A DNA stretch of 64,000 nucleotides from Nitrospirota bacterium (GCA_963701855.1 CAVPBK010000009.1:128001-192000); one strand, 5' to 3'. Positions 48,996-59,790 are shown, counted from the first letter of the stretch. Notes: generated from the sequence alone by a model not told the origin. Program-made: numbers and translations.

Positions 48996-49251
48996 GTCGC
49001 CCTGATCAAATAGATCTCGCCTTCAACAGGCCATCAGTGGAGATAGGGATAGAGTGAGATGGAGTACGACGATGAACGGAGTTCGAATTGCAACTATGTC
49101 GAAACCGCAGACTCTCTTAGGAAGGACGAGACGGTTTCTCGTGTCGTGCGGAGGTCGTCAGCAATATGCCGATAGGAAGTCTCAACGCATCGTCATTCCA
49201 CTCACACAGACCTTCTACTCCCAGTTGCTCTGCTTGTTTTGGAGTAGGATT

Positions 49252-51051
49252 TCAAGTGCTCTTGCGGTGAGAAGCTGGCCCTAAGTCAACGGAAAGGTTG
49301 TGCGCGGTATTAATCAAGGAGACGTGTGAAAACGCTTGCGGAAAATTTCCGAGCAGACGTTTTGTGTGCGGATCATACTCCTCGGACAACAACCCCACGT
49401 CATTACAGAGGGCCAGGAGACGTTCGAATAATTGCCGCGCTTCCTGACGACGGCCGAGGAGCCAATAATTATCTGCCAGCCAGAAGGTGCAGGCTAGAAA
49501 GGCGCCCTCTCCCTCAGGAAGACCATCCACAGCACGTGCGGTGTCTGTCTGATACCGACGGACAAATCCGCCATCACACAGCTCGCGTTCGATTGCCTCC
49601 ACGGTCCTCCGAACGCGTCCGTCTTCGGGTGGGAGGAAACCCACGAGCGGAATCATGAGAAGACTCGCGTCGAGGTCCTTTGAACCATAGTACTGAGTGA
49701 AGGTTCGACGATCGGGATCGTATCCCTTTTCGCAAACTTCCCCATGAATCTCGATTCGCAGTCGCTTCCAACGATCCACGTCTCCTGACAGGCCGAAGCT
49801 CTCCATGCCTTTGACCGCACGGTCCGCTGCCACCCACGCCATCACTTTGGAATGAGTAAAATGCTGTCGGGAGCCCCGCACTTCCCAGATACCTTCGTCC
49901 GGCTGCTTCCATCCAGTTTCGAGAAATTCGAGGAGGTGTTGTTGCAGGGCCCAGGACGATTCATTCTCATCAATACCAGCGCGGCGGGCCTGGTGCAGCG
50001 TGTCCATCACCTCCCCGTATACGTCCAGCTGAAATTGGCGCACAGCGGCATTGCCGATCCGAACCGGCGAGGATGCTTCATAGCCGGGAAGCCATGGAAG
50101 CTGAATTTCTGTCAGGCGCCGCTCGCCTCCTGGCCCATACATGGTCTGAAGCTTTGCCGGGTCACCTGCTACCGCTCGAAGCAGCCAATCTCGCCAGCTG
50201 CACGCCTCTTCCTCGTACCCTGCGGCCATGAGCGAATAGAGGGTGAAGGTAGCATCACGGAGCCAGCACAAGCGATAGTCCCAGTTACGCACCCCGCCAA
50301 TCGCTTCAGGGAGCGAGGTGGTCGGCGCTGCCACAATCCCGCCAGTCGGCGCGTAGGTCAGTGCCTTCAGCGTGATGAGCGAGCGCAGCACCTGTTCACG
50401 CCACTCGCCCTCATAGGTGCAATGGCTTGCCCAATCCAGCCACCACGCCTCAGTCTCTTTCAGCACTCCCTCTGGGTCAAGGGAGTCAGGTGCCGGCTCA
50501 TGCGAAGGATGCCAGATCAGCACAAAGGGAATGCGTTGTCCTTTCGAGACGTGAAAGTCAGCCACAGTGGACAACTGCTCGCCCCGTGTGACGACTGGGG
50601 TATGGAGATAGAGCGCATCAGGACCGCCGACCGCAGAGAGAACGCCTTCGCGAGTGCGGACCCACGGAATCACGGACCCATAGTCTAAACGGATCACGAG
50701 CTCCATCCGCATCCGCACCTGGCCGGAAAGCCCCTCAACAATCCGTACCACGACAGGGTGCCCTTTGCGGATCGGCATAAAATCCACGAGCCGCACCACA
50801 CCGTCATCGGTCTCAAATTCCGTCTCTAAGATTAACGTGGACTGTCGATAGTGCTGCCGCGTATGTCGCACCTCCGCGTCTGGACTCACCTGCCAACAGC
50901 CATGCTGCCGATCGCCAAGAAGCGAGGCAAAACACGCGCCAGAGTCGAAACGCGGCAGGCAAAGCCAGTCAATCGAGCCGTTCCGCCCAACTAGGGCAGC
51001 CGTCTGGGTATCGCCAATGAGGGCATAGTCTTCAATCCGCATGTCGACCAC
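49252..51051 (-). CDS. Glycoside hydrolase family 15 (glucoamylase/trehalase-like)
   Basis: Motifs IEDYALIGD, AAPTTSLPE..GGVRNWDYR.CWLRD, GIWEVRG and GLLSEE...GNFPQAFSH. Confidence 0.96.
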   Translation of the reverse strand: MVDMRIEDYALIGDTQTAALVGRNGSIDWLCLPRFDSGACFASLLGDRQHGCWQVSPDAEVRHTRQHYRQSTLILETEFETDDGVVRLVDFMPIRKGHPVVVRIVEGLSGQVRMRMELVIRLDYGSVIPWVRTREGVLSAVGGPDALYLHTPVVTRGEQLSTVADFHVSKGQRIPFVLIWHPSHEPAPDSLDPEGVLKETEAWWLDWASHCTYEGEWREQVLRSLITLKALTYAPTGGIVAAPTTSLPEAIGGVRNWDYRLCWLRDATFTLYSLMAAGYEEEACSWRDWLLRAVAGDPAKLQTMYGPGGERRLTEIQLPWLPGYEASSPVRIGNAAVRQFQLDVYGEVMDTLHQARRAGIDENESSWALQQHLLEFLETGWKQPDEGIWEVRGSRQHFTHSKVMAWVAADRAVKGMESFGLSGDVDRWKRLRIEIHGEVCEKGYDPDRRTFTQYYGSKDLDASLLMIPLVGFLPPEDGRVRRTVEAIERELCDGGFVRRYQTDTARAVDGLPEGEGAFLACTFWLADNYWLLGRRQEARQLFERLLALCNDVGLLSEEYDPHTKRLLGNFPQAFSHVSLINTAHNLSVDLGPASHRKST

Positions 51052-51948
51052 ATAGGAAGGGCATGGTTGTAGATTGGCACATGCGCCACATCAAGTTCTA
51101 CGTGTGAACGATTTTTAGGAGTTTCCACATCGCCTCTTCGACCGGGGCAATGTCCACTATGAGGGGGAGTGTTCTTTAAGCCGAAGGTTAAAAGACGGGC
51201 GGTGGCTGTTCGTGCAATAGCACACGACAGCACAGCGCCCTGGGTAGCCGATTACATCTCCAAGAAGAGTCACAGGGTTGGGCAGCGACCCGCGGAGGAA
51301 CAACCTGATTGTGATGTTTTCACATCGGTCGCTTCGCAGTAACCAGCCGAACTAGACCATTGAAATTGAACGGCTCCCGCTCCAGCCCGCTGATACGCCA
51401 TCACCACGCCGAGGAACTGGCCAGTGGGTGATGCACATTCGGATTGAACCAGCGACCCTCGCTTAAAAAAACCACCTAAAGAAAGTGTGATGGAGAGAGC
51501 TCTCCCTCTGTCGATCCAGCGTTTTCTGATCCCAACACTGCGATGGAGTGAGATAGCATTCGACCTGGAGTAGGGGGTAAAACCAGGAGCGAACCGGGAG
51601 TGAAACCGGGAGTAGAAAAACTCAAAGCCTTGGGTCACACGGAATAAGATTCATCACCGACTCCCCTCCCATCATCGCGTCCAGAACGTCTATATAAGAC
51701 CTGAGGGGGTTTTATGGACAGGGGATGGCAGCAATGGTCACTCTCACCATCCCGCACACGTCTGAGCGCCTTGACACCTCCCCTCGGACGGCCTAGCCTT
51801 TCAAGTTTGTTGCCTCGTCAGGTGATGGAGGATGGCGGGAGGTGGTATACAGATCTTCGCGGGCACATCGCTGGGCACAGTATTCTAACGTGGCGCGCAT
51901 GCCATCGCCCGCTGATGCACGCGAACCAATCGACGAGAGGAAGCTGGG

Positions 51949-52953
51949 ATGCAAGCTATATGTGCAAAAACTCTGATGGCGGTCACGCTGGTGTGTGCCC
52001 TGGCGCTTATAACACCTGTTGCTCAGGCTACCGACGCACTCCCGTCATGGAAAGACGGAGCTGCCAAGAAGTCCATTATTGAATTCGTCGAGAAGGTGAC
52101 CAAGCAAGACTCCCCCGAGTTTGTGCCGATCACCGAACGCGTTGCCGTGTTCGATAACGATGGGACACTCTGGGCTGAGCAGCCGATCCCTTTCCAGTTG
52201 GCCTTCGCGCTTGACCGCGTGAAGGCGCTCGCGCCGAAGCATCCCGAATGGAAGACCGAAGAGCCATACGCCTCACTACTCAGGGGTGACGTGAAAGGCG
52301 CGCTTGCCGCCGGAGAACCGGCTATTTTCAAAATCATCGTCGCGACGCACAAGGGCATGACCACCGAAGAGTTCCATAAGATTGTCACTGAGTGGATTGC
52401 AACCGCGAAGCATCCGAAGACCAAGCGTCTCTATACCGAGATGGCCTATCAGCCGATGCTCGAATTGCTCGCCTACCTGCGCACGAATGGCTTCAAATCG
52501 TTCATTGTTTCCGGTGGCGGTGTCGAATTCATGCGCACCTTTGCGGAGAAGACGTATGGCATCCCACCCGAACAGATCGTCGGCAGCTCCGGCAAACTGA
52601 AATTCGTGCTGCGCGATGGAACGCCCACGCTGATGAAGCTGCCGGAACTTAATTTCCTTAACGACAAGGGTGAGAAACCCATCATTATCCAAACACTCAT
52701 CGGCCGCCGCCCCATCGCCGCGTTCGGGAACTCCGACGGTGACTTGCAGATGCTCCAGTGGACGACCGCCGGGAGTGGCCCGCGCTTCGCCCTCATTGTC
52801 CATCATACCGACGCCGCGCGTGAGTGGGCGTACGACCGCAAGGCCGGGCTCGGTCGTCTCGATAAGGCGCTTGATGAAGCCCAGGCCAAGGGTTGGACGG
52901 TCATCAGCATGAAGGATGATTGGAACAGCATCTTTCCATTTGAAAACGAGTGA
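51949..52953 (+). CDS. Exported HAD-superfamily hydrolase/phosphatase
   Basis: Signal peptide, AVFDNDGTLWAEQP (motif I), IVSGGG and AFGNSDGD. Confidence 0.92.
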   Translation: MQAICAKTLMAVTLVCALALITPVAQATDALPSWKDGAAKKSIIEFVEKVTKQDSPEFVPITERVAVFDNDGTLWAEQPIPFQLAFALDRVKALAPKHPEWKTEEPYASLLRGDVKGALAAGEPAIFKIIVATHKGMTTEEFHKIVTEWIATAKHPKTKRLYTEMAYQPMLELLAYLRTNGFKSFIVSGGGVEFMRTFAEKTYGIPPEQIVGSSGKLKFVLRDGTPTLMKLPELNFLNDKGEKPIIIQTLIGRRPIAAFGNSDGDLQMLQWTTAGSGPRFALIVHHTDAAREWAYDRKAGLGRLDKALDEAQAKGWTVISMKDDWNSIFPFENE

Positions 52954-53147
52954 GCCACGATGTCGATCGCAACGGGTTGGAAGCTGCTTACGCGCTGATC
53001 CTGCAACCATTCAAGAAACCGCATGTCCTCTACGGTCACTACTCCAGCCGCAGCGGACAACCAATGGAGCACAGAGCTGCTTGGCGCGGGCCGATCTCCC
53101 CATCATCGGGGTCGGGAACCGGTAGACACACATCGCCGTAAGAGCGG

Positions 53148-53315
53148 CTAGCTGGCCAGGTACTGGTCTTCCTGGGGCATCTGTCCCACCAGCGCAAGAG
53201 CACGCTGAATGGCTCTGTCCAAATCTCCCGGCGATGTAAGTGTCTTTTGAAGACAAACCTGTGCGCCGGATTGCTTGGCTAATGCATACACTCTTGGATC
53301 TTCTATCAGAGTCAA
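53148..53315 (-). pseudogene. C-terminal fragment of a response-regulator receiver protein
   Basis: LT.IEDPRVYALAKQSGAQVCLQKTLTSPGDLDRAIQRAL resembles receiver beta4-alpha5. No start found. Confidence 0.45.
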
Positions 53316-54123
53316 ATACTCTCAGCGGCGTTCGGCCTGAGAGTGGTTGGAACTAAGCCTAGTAGTAGCTTGCGGCTCGATCTATCGAGTAATCTCGGGA
53401 CATCATGGTGCACGTGCGGGGCACCAATGGGGAGCTGACGGTCTGGTGGCCTGTCAAAGACCAACCTGTTGCGACACTCAGAGCCTCTTGGCGCGGCCCG
53501 ATCCCGCCATCAACTATACCGGGAAGCCGGTCATACCTGAAAGACTAGATGGGCCAGCACCGATCTTTTTCCCGTTTTTAATCAGGTTTCATAATCCATT
53601 ACCGCTTCGCGCAGTAGCACACGAGAGCACAGTACCCGGTGCGGTCGATTACATTTCCGAGAAAAATCACCGGTTGCGCATCGATCCTCGGAAGGACAAC
53701 CTGATTGCGATCTTTTCAGAATAGAGATTTTCTCCGTTTCGCCAAGGGGCATCTCCCTTACGCTACCCAATCCATCCAACTGGTGACTTTGGTCGCTTTC
53801 CAGTAGCCGACCTGGCTAGGCCATTGACATTGAGCGGCGACCAATCATTTGTGCACCAGGGCCGTTACCGTTCTGCACCATGTTGCCAAGCTCACGCCTA
53901 GCGTGGTGGCGGTACCTGTTACTCAGGCATCAGCGTGATGACCCAGATGGAGGACCCACTTGCTTGAGAAGGCGCAATGCGGAGCGGCTCCAGGATTGCT
54001 CGGAAGTCGCAGCGCCATACAAGCAGTATCCGCTTCTCATCGCCAGTCCGCGCAGCTCATCTCATGGTGGTGGTAGACACTCTCGGATTGATCCAATACA
54101 ACGGCGATCCTGCAACACACAAC

Positions 54124-54155
54124 AAAGGCTCGACCCCTTTCGAAGTCGAGCCTTT
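54124..54155. terminator. Bidirectional terminator-like hairpin
   Basis: AAAGGCTCGAC-N10-GTCGAGCCTTT, a perfect 11-bp stem. Confidence 0.65.
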
Positions 54156-54549
54156 CACTTTTGATTCCGACAGGTCCCACCATTCGCACACACGGCAGCA
54201 TATGCGTTCACAGTGTTCCCGCGCGGTTTCGAAAGCACTGTCACTCTACTAGATCCCTGGAATAGAACCTCCTGGGAAAAAACCTAGTGGAGGAGGCCAT
54301 GGCTGTGGGCTGACGAACACATGACCCGGCTGGTCCGGCAATCCATCGTGAGTTGCGACCTAGGGTACATCGAGAAACATACAAGGCAAGTTACCAGTCC
54401 TGTATTTGAGTGCCTCAAGATATATGGAAGGTACGTCGACTGTTGTTTCACCTACGGCGTCATCTCCTCATACAGCAGGAGAGGACATCGATGCAAAAGG
54501 CGAAATGAGTCGTGAATTTATTGACCACGCGTACAGAAAGAGGTGTGTC

Positions 54550-54813
54550 ATGCTTAGCATGAATGGGATTATCGTCTGTGAACTTATTCTCGGTGCGGTA
54601 TTGATGAGTCTGATATTCACGTCGCTTGCGAATACGGACCTCATTGCTGATTCTTCGTCGAAGTCGAAACCTGAGCCACAGTCCGATGCCGTCAGGACCG
54701 CGACGAAGCCGGGCCAGGCGCGAACCGATCTCTCGCCACATGTACATGAGCGTTTTAGCGGTAGGCTCTTGGGCGAAAGCGACGGAGGCGGCTCCGATCC
54801 TTCTGGCAAGTAA
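54550..54813 (+). CDS. Hypothetical protein with an N-terminal hydrophobic segment
   Basis: RBS GAGGTG before the ATG at 54550. 87 aa. Confidence 0.5.
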   Translation: MLSMNGIIVCELILGAVLMSLIFTSLANTDLIADSSSKSKPEPQSDAVRTATKPGQARTDLSPHVHERFSGRLLGESDGGGSDPSGK

Positions 54814-54869
54814 CACTCGCCGCGAACCATTGAAGCGCTGGGAGAGCAGCTTCGAGCCTCGCGTAGCCG

Positions 54870-55105
54870 TGTTGTGCTGATTTAAACTGTGGACCGATGG
54901 CGTAGTCAGCTGGAGCTAGGAAACCCACTGAAATTATTCATAACCTAACGTAACAGACGACATCCGAGAGTCTCTCACCAGAACCATGAACGAGTGAGTC
55001 TGGACGTCTCTTAAGAACTGGAGACACAGAGCGGCCTGAATTCTTCGCAGAAATGCTGGCTTAAGATATTCAATCATATGTCCAGAAATTAAGTGGAGCA
55101 GTACA
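54870..55105 (+). mobile_element. 236-bp non-coding MITE with IS-type ends and a GCCG target-site duplication
   Basis: Ends TGTTGTGCTGATTTAAACTGTGGAC / GTCCAGAAATTAAGTGGAGCAGTACA, with GCCG on both sides. Full-length homolog at 61707-63189. Confidence 0.85.
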
Positions 55106-55286
55106 GCCGTGCTTGCGCCTTTGGCTTGGATGCCTCCTGCCGCATGATCGGCCCGCGCACAGTCCAGCGAGCGGAGATCTTCATGTCTTCTCCATGCGTT
55201 CGGTTGAATCTAAGCATATGGCCTGCGGAGTTTTTTTAGAGCTAGCAGATTCCCTAGCATTGGAGTAACTGTGGATAAGAGAGGTC

Positions 55287-55410
55287 AGGCGGTGCAGTTG
55301 CTACGGCAGGCAGTCGGTGTAGGTGGGCGAGCTATGTGCTCGTCAACAACCAGGCTGACGGGAATGCGTCGCTGACCGTTCAGGGGCTTGTGGGGATACT
55401 AGGCAGCTAA
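55287..55410 (+). pseudogene. 3'-end remnant of a DUF72-like gene
   Basis: AVQLLRQAVGVGGR/YVLVNNQADGNASLTVQGL with a frameshift. Homologous to 59590-59709 on the minus strand. Confidence 0.6.
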
Positions 55411-55602
55411 GTACCATTGTGCCACAGATTTGCCGCACAAAATGCAGACATAGTTTCCCCTCGAATGGCCGAGGTCGTCCCATTCCAGCTCCAGATTGAG
55501 ATGCTCGAATTGTGAGCGGTCCAACCGTTGTTCCCATTTAACTCATAACGCAGCCGCTTGATTCATCGTCACGGGTTGGTCCTCCATGGTGACTCGCTTC
55601 GC

Positions 55603-56010
55603 TCAAGACGCGAGGGTCTCAATCACTACAGAGCCGCCCATCGCCAGGATGGAAGGCTTGAAAAGGCACTTGAGTGTGTCCACCAGGAATTTCATCGAGG
55701 AGCCCTTTACAATGAACTCGCTTACCCCGAGCGCACGGACTTGCCGCTCCGTTTCAGGAGTAGTGTCTCCCGTCAAAATGATCACCGGCTGTTTGGGATC
55801 AACACGGCGTATCTCTTTCAACACCGCGACCCCGTCAAGCTCCGGCATTCTCAGATCAAGCACAATGGCGTCAGGGTGTTCTTGGCGATACAGCTGTAAG
55901 CCCCTCACACCGCTGTCAGCAAAGAGCACATCATATCCCTGGTGACGGAGTCTCATATCGAGGAGAGCTCGAACGTGCGGCTCATCATCAATCACCAAAA
56001 TCTTAGGCAC
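55603..56010 (-). CDS. Single-domain response regulator
   Basis: Motifs ILVIDDE, IVLDLRMPELDG, ILTG and FIVK. Confidence 0.9.
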   Translation of the reverse strand: MPKILVIDDEPHVRALLDMRLRHQGYDVLFADSGVRGLQLYRQEHPDAIVLDLRMPELDGVAVLKEIRRVDPKQPVIILTGDTTPETERQVRALGVSEFIVKGSSMKFLVDTLKCLFKPSILAMGGSVVIETLAS

Positions 56011-56382
56011 GACACTCCCTTCTGGCCAGATTACTGTTCACGAAAGTATACACAGGAATGCATCGGACCGGACCTCGGGACTGCCCTAGCAACGCCAGCG
56101 CTGTTGAAGATGTCCTGTAACCTGGGGGTGAGAAGATCGCGTCCAACCCGTCACCCACGTCATAAGTTCAATGCCTTAGGAATACAAGATACGCAGAGTG
56201 TATCCTCTCAACCGACTATGCGCACTACCAGCACATTTGGCATTTGACCACTGATATCCATACTCTCATCGCACGATTCAATGCGTTGCGGACAAACATA
56301 TCTCTTGAGAAGATTCCTCGGACTTCAGGTACAACAACGGCTCGATTTCTTTCGGAGCCGAGCCTTCGCCGATCTATGTATT

Positions 56383-56585
56383 TGTTGTGCCCCACTTAAT
56401 ATTTGGACAGGTCTCATAAGGCAGGCGGGCTAACTGGACACCAGGATGAACCCTGTCCAGAATGGGCGTGGACAAAGGCGTCAGTGGAGCCGTGAGCAGA
56501 ACCTGACGGTGTTGCAAGAGTGGCCGACTGGGGTGCCGTGGGAAGAGATCTGCCGGAAGTATGCGGTGAACGCGGCGCAGATGTG
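56383..56585 (+). mobile_element. Left end and orfA fragment of an IS3-family element related to the MITE
   Basis: End TGTTGTGCCCCACTTAATATTTGGACAG, followed by RRQWSREQ.L.VLQEW..GVP.EEICRKYAVNAAQM (transposase HTH), then truncated. Confidence 0.75.
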
Positions 56586-56856
56586 CTCAAAGAATCGGAC
56601 AAGTTGGTGCCGAAGAGTCTGGTGCTTTCATTGATAGACAAAGGCCTACGAAACCGCGAGAGGTCCAGTAGCCTGGGAATATCACTTGGACTGATGCGCG
56701 TATCGACGAAATTACTCTCATGAGGGGTCATGAGTTATGGGGAACCTAGGGTTCAACCGAGTGGCAAGAGAGCAATTAGTGTCGCAACATCAGTCTAGGA
56801 TATGGAAACCACCTGGAAACCAGTGTGTCAGCAAACCATACGTGCGCGGCTCGATC

Positions 56857-57021
56857 ATGCGTCAGGATGCTCACACACGACAAGCGCAAGCACTGCGAAT
56901 TTGTGAGATCCCCTGGTATCAACGATTAGGGGTCATGCTGGTCGCCGCGGTGGGCATTGGAGGGCAGATTCTGGTGTTATGGATTGTAGGACAGATCCTG
57001 TTGCTCTTGTTGGGGGCCTAA
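56857..57021 (+). CDS. Small membrane protein (54 aa)
   Basis: PWYQRLGVMLVAAVGIGGQILVLWIVGQILLLLLGA forms a hydrophobic C-terminus. Confidence 0.45.
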   Translation: MRQDAHTRQAQALRICEIPWYQRLGVMLVAAVGIGGQILVLWIVGQILLLLLGA

Positions 57022-57094
57022 CCTCAGCGACCCCGACACTGCCCTCCTGGTGACAATCCTATTAGCCCGTCTTCGTCACGGGATGCACTGAGTT

Positions 57095-57457
57095 TCATTG
57101 TTCGAGGTGGCGAATCGACAGCACGTGTTTCTGATCGTTCAATTTCGCTTCAATACGATCTCCTCGACCAATGATCTCGGTCATCTCTGTGGTTGCGTTG
57201 AGGTGCAACCGGACTTCCTTACCATTGAATCGCTGGACGAAAAAGTCATTACCGTCAATGCGCAACACTTCGCCGGTGACGGTGTCGATGCTCTGCCGTG
57301 TTTCGTCATCGCACTTCACGAGATTCGATAACCCGCCTTTCCTATCAGCACAGGGGTCAGGCTTCATTTTCTCTGTTGCCTGCGTGGCATTGGATAGACC
57401 CAGGCACAGCACGAAACTACACGACATGACACCAATGATTTTGGGAATAGCTGCCAT
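57095..57457 (-). CDS. Exported hypothetical protein (beta-rich)
   Basis: RBS GAGGAGG, signal peptide IPKIIGVMSCSFVLCLGLSNATQA, and TVTGEVLRIDG...GKEVRLH...GDRIEA. A sigma54-like CGGTTCATTGATTGCA lies at 57513-57528. Confidence 0.75.
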   Translation of the reverse strand: MAAIPKIIGVMSCSFVLCLGLSNATQATEKMKPDPCADRKGGLSNLVKCDDETRQSIDTVTGEVLRIDGNDFFVQRFNGKEVRLHLNATTEMTEIIGRGDRIEAKLNDQKHVLSIRHLEQ

Positions 57458-57654
57458 GGGCACCTCCTCGATTTGGTCTAAAACACGCATGCATGGAACT
57501 CTATGTTCACTCTGCAATCAATGAACCGAGTGAGACGAATAGAAAAACAATGTATTTATAAGCAGATAGCTGGCTAAGCGGAAGGTGCCGATGCGCTATA
57601 CACGGACAACTTGTCTGCAATGGCGCAACTTGTTCACTTGAGAGGAGGTATGAG

Positions 57655-58530
57655 ATGCCGGCAACCTATTTCATGCGATTCTTTGATCGGATGTTCGAAT
57701 GGGCCATCACTTCGGGCGTACGCATACTGCTAATTACAACGGCCATGCTCGTCATGCTCGCTCTCCTGAAGCGAGGTGTGGCGAAACTCAGCAGTCTGTA
57801 TGAGGGCACATTTCCCGGTCGTGCCCAAATCAAGAGAGCCTACACCTTGACACACATCGTCAGGGATGTTGCGCGAATTGTGATCCTTTTCGTCTGCATG
57901 ACGATGATCCTTTCCGAGGGGGGCGTGGACTTGAAGCCCCTGTTGGCGGCAGCAGGTCTTGGTGGATTGGCTATTGGGTTCGGGGCCCAAAGTCTTGTGA
58001 AGGATTTGATTTCTGGTTTTTTTATCCTCTGGGAAAACTCTGTCCGGATAGGGGATGTGGTTGAGGTCGCGGGGGTGACCGGACTTGTCGAAGAAGTGGA
58101 ACTGCGAACCATTAAGCTCCGTGATGTGTCCGGCAATCTCCACGTGGTCCCCAATGGGGTGATCGATAAGGTGAAGAACTTGACGAAAGATTATTCCTAC
58201 TCTGTGTTTGATATCGGAGTCGCGTACCGAGAGAACGTCGATGAGGTGATGGGGGATCTGCAGGCGATTGCCGAGGAGTTGCGTCGAGACTCTGGGTTTT
58301 CGAATGATATTCTTGAGCCGTTAGAGATGTTGGGCGTGGACCATTTTAGGGACTCTGCCGTGATGATCAAGTGTCGCATCAAGACCGAGCCCCACAAACA
58401 ATGGCGGGTGGGTCGGGAGATGCATCGCCGGATCAGGAATACGTTCAACGCCAAAGGAATCGAAATCCCGTTCCCGTACCAGCCAAGCTATTGGGGCGAG
58501 CCCAAGAAGGGAGCGCCGCAACCTACATAG
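57655..58530 (+). CDS. Small-conductance mechanosensitive channel (MscS family)
   Basis: Motifs GLAIGFGAQSLVKDLISGFFIL.E..VRIGDVV, G.VEE..LRT..LRD..G.LH.VPNG and GIEIPFP. Confidence 0.95.
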   Translation: MPATYFMRFFDRMFEWAITSGVRILLITTAMLVMLALLKRGVAKLSSLYEGTFPGRAQIKRAYTLTHIVRDVARIVILFVCMTMILSEGGVDLKPLLAAAGLGGLAIGFGAQSLVKDLISGFFILWENSVRIGDVVEVAGVTGLVEEVELRTIKLRDVSGNLHVVPNGVIDKVKNLTKDYSYSVFDIGVAYRENVDEVMGDLQAIAEELRRDSGFSNDILEPLEMLGVDHFRDSAVMIKCRIKTEPHKQWRVGREMHRRIRNTFNAKGIEIPFPYQPSYWGEPKKGAPQPT

Positions 58531-58747
58531 GTTGCTAAATCGTGGGCATGTCTTGACACCTGGCCATAGACGGCCTCGCTTGCGGCGCAGCGTCTAATGC
58601 ATGAGTGCCCCTAGCGATCTGATGGATGCGCGTATGACGTTTGGATAACCATACCCGTAACATATTACTGCAACTGTCTTGCTCGGACGGGCCGCAACTG
58701 ACTTCATAGTTAGGTTAGGCGAGGCAAGCTTCCAAAGGAGCCGATAC

Positions 58748-59140
58748 ATGATCACAAAGAAAAGGGTGTTCATCAGTTACGACCTAGATCATGACGAAGA
58801 CAAGAAGACCTTGCTCGCCGAACAAGCAAAACTGCCTGACAGTCCGTTCGAAGTTACCCATACTTCGGTGAGAGAGCATCTTATCGATGACTGGGAGGCG
58901 AAGGTCAGGCACCGAATCGACAATACCGACGTGGTAGTCGTCCTATGTGGCGAACACGCATTTCTAGCAAAAAGCATGGCTGAGGAATTGACGATTGCGC
59001 AGGAGAAAAACACGCCTTACTTCCTTTTGACAGCCTATGCAGATAGGACTTGCACTAAGCCAACATCAGCAATGTCATCAGACAAGGTCTATGAGTGGAC
59101 CTGGGACAATCTCAAGACACTGATCGCCGGGTGGAGATAA
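58748..59140 (+). CDS. TIR-like domain protein (MTH538/DUF1863, Thoeris ThsB-like)
   Basis: Motifs KRVFISYD.DHD, SV.E....DW..KVR.RI...DVVVVLCGEH, EL.IAQE...PYFLL and Y.WTWDNLK.LI. Confidence 0.85.
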   Translation: MITKKRVFISYDLDHDEDKKTLLAEQAKLPDSPFEVTHTSVREHLIDDWEAKVRHRIDNTDVVVVLCGEHAFLAKSMAEELTIAQEKNTPYFLLTAYADRTCTKPTSAMSSDKVYEWTWDNLKTLIAGWR

Positions 59141-59213
59141 GGAGCCAGTTCAGTCTGAATCAATCGACCGGTTCCAGGCGGAAACACATCGGTAGAGGGA
59201 TCTCGGAGAAAGA

Positions 59214-59370
59214 TGACCTTCCCCCAATTCCGTGGACACCTGGTTAAGCAACTGCTGTTCTCGCTTCGAACTCGGCCGGGGAGTCATAGCCGAGGGTCGA
59301 GTGACGGCGTCTCCGGTTATAGAACACCTCAATGTACGCGAAGATCTCCTGTCTCGCGGCTTCACGAGTT
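59214..59370 (-). mobile_element. 3'-end fragment of an IS3-family element, same family as 61773-63015
   Basis: Right end TGACCTTCCCCCAATTCCGTGGACACC. Encodes [34 protein letters not shown]. Confidence 0.85.
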
Positions 59371-59589
59371 TCAATAATGCGTCATTTTGGAATGCAGGCC
59401 TATTTAATGGCGGGAAGAATGTTTCTCGCCTTTCTCCCCGCACAATCCGCTGCGTCTCGTGATGAGGTCAAGCCAAAGAAGACTCCACCATAATTCGAGG
59501 TATTTCTTTCTTTCAGAAACTCTCCTTTGTAAAATCACGGGAACACAAAGCACATGAAATTGGCAGAACGAGGGACAAAGGTGCTGAGC

Positions 59590-59790
59590 CCCACAACATC
59601 TCCACAAGTCTCTCCACGGTCAACTGCGCGTTTCCCTCGCACCGGTTATTGACCACTAGATACGCGCGACGGCCTGCGCCGACAGCCTGCCGTACCAACT
59701 GCACCGCCTACCTTCGCATCTGCGGTAACTCCTCCACGATCTTGGTATACGACTCCGCTCGCTCCTTCGCGGTCTGATACACATCTTCAA
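59590..59790 (-). pseudogene. Second DUF72-like 3'-end remnant
   Basis: YQTAKERAESYTKIVEELPQMRR*/AVQLVRQAVGAGRRAYLVVNNRCEGNAQLTVERL. Confidence 0.6.

Noticed and set aside
18268..51615. Short repeat arrays considered as CRISPR
   Set aside because: There are no identical 23-47 bp repeats with unique spacers and no cas genes.
49852..53010. Long antisense ORFs over the GH15 (278 aa) and HAD (244 aa) genes
   Set aside because: They are shadow frames of GC-rich, well-supported genes and show no recognisable motifs.
53904..53916. 12/13 match to the tRNA 3' end (GGTACCGCCACCA on the minus strand) as a possible attR
   Set aside because: It is short and inverted relative to the tRNA, whereas an att duplication should be a direct repeat.
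54255..54350. Hairpin-rich stretch considered as a c-di-GMP riboswitch
   Set aside because: It lacks the conserved sequence elements I know for class I or II aptamers. A covariance search would be needed.
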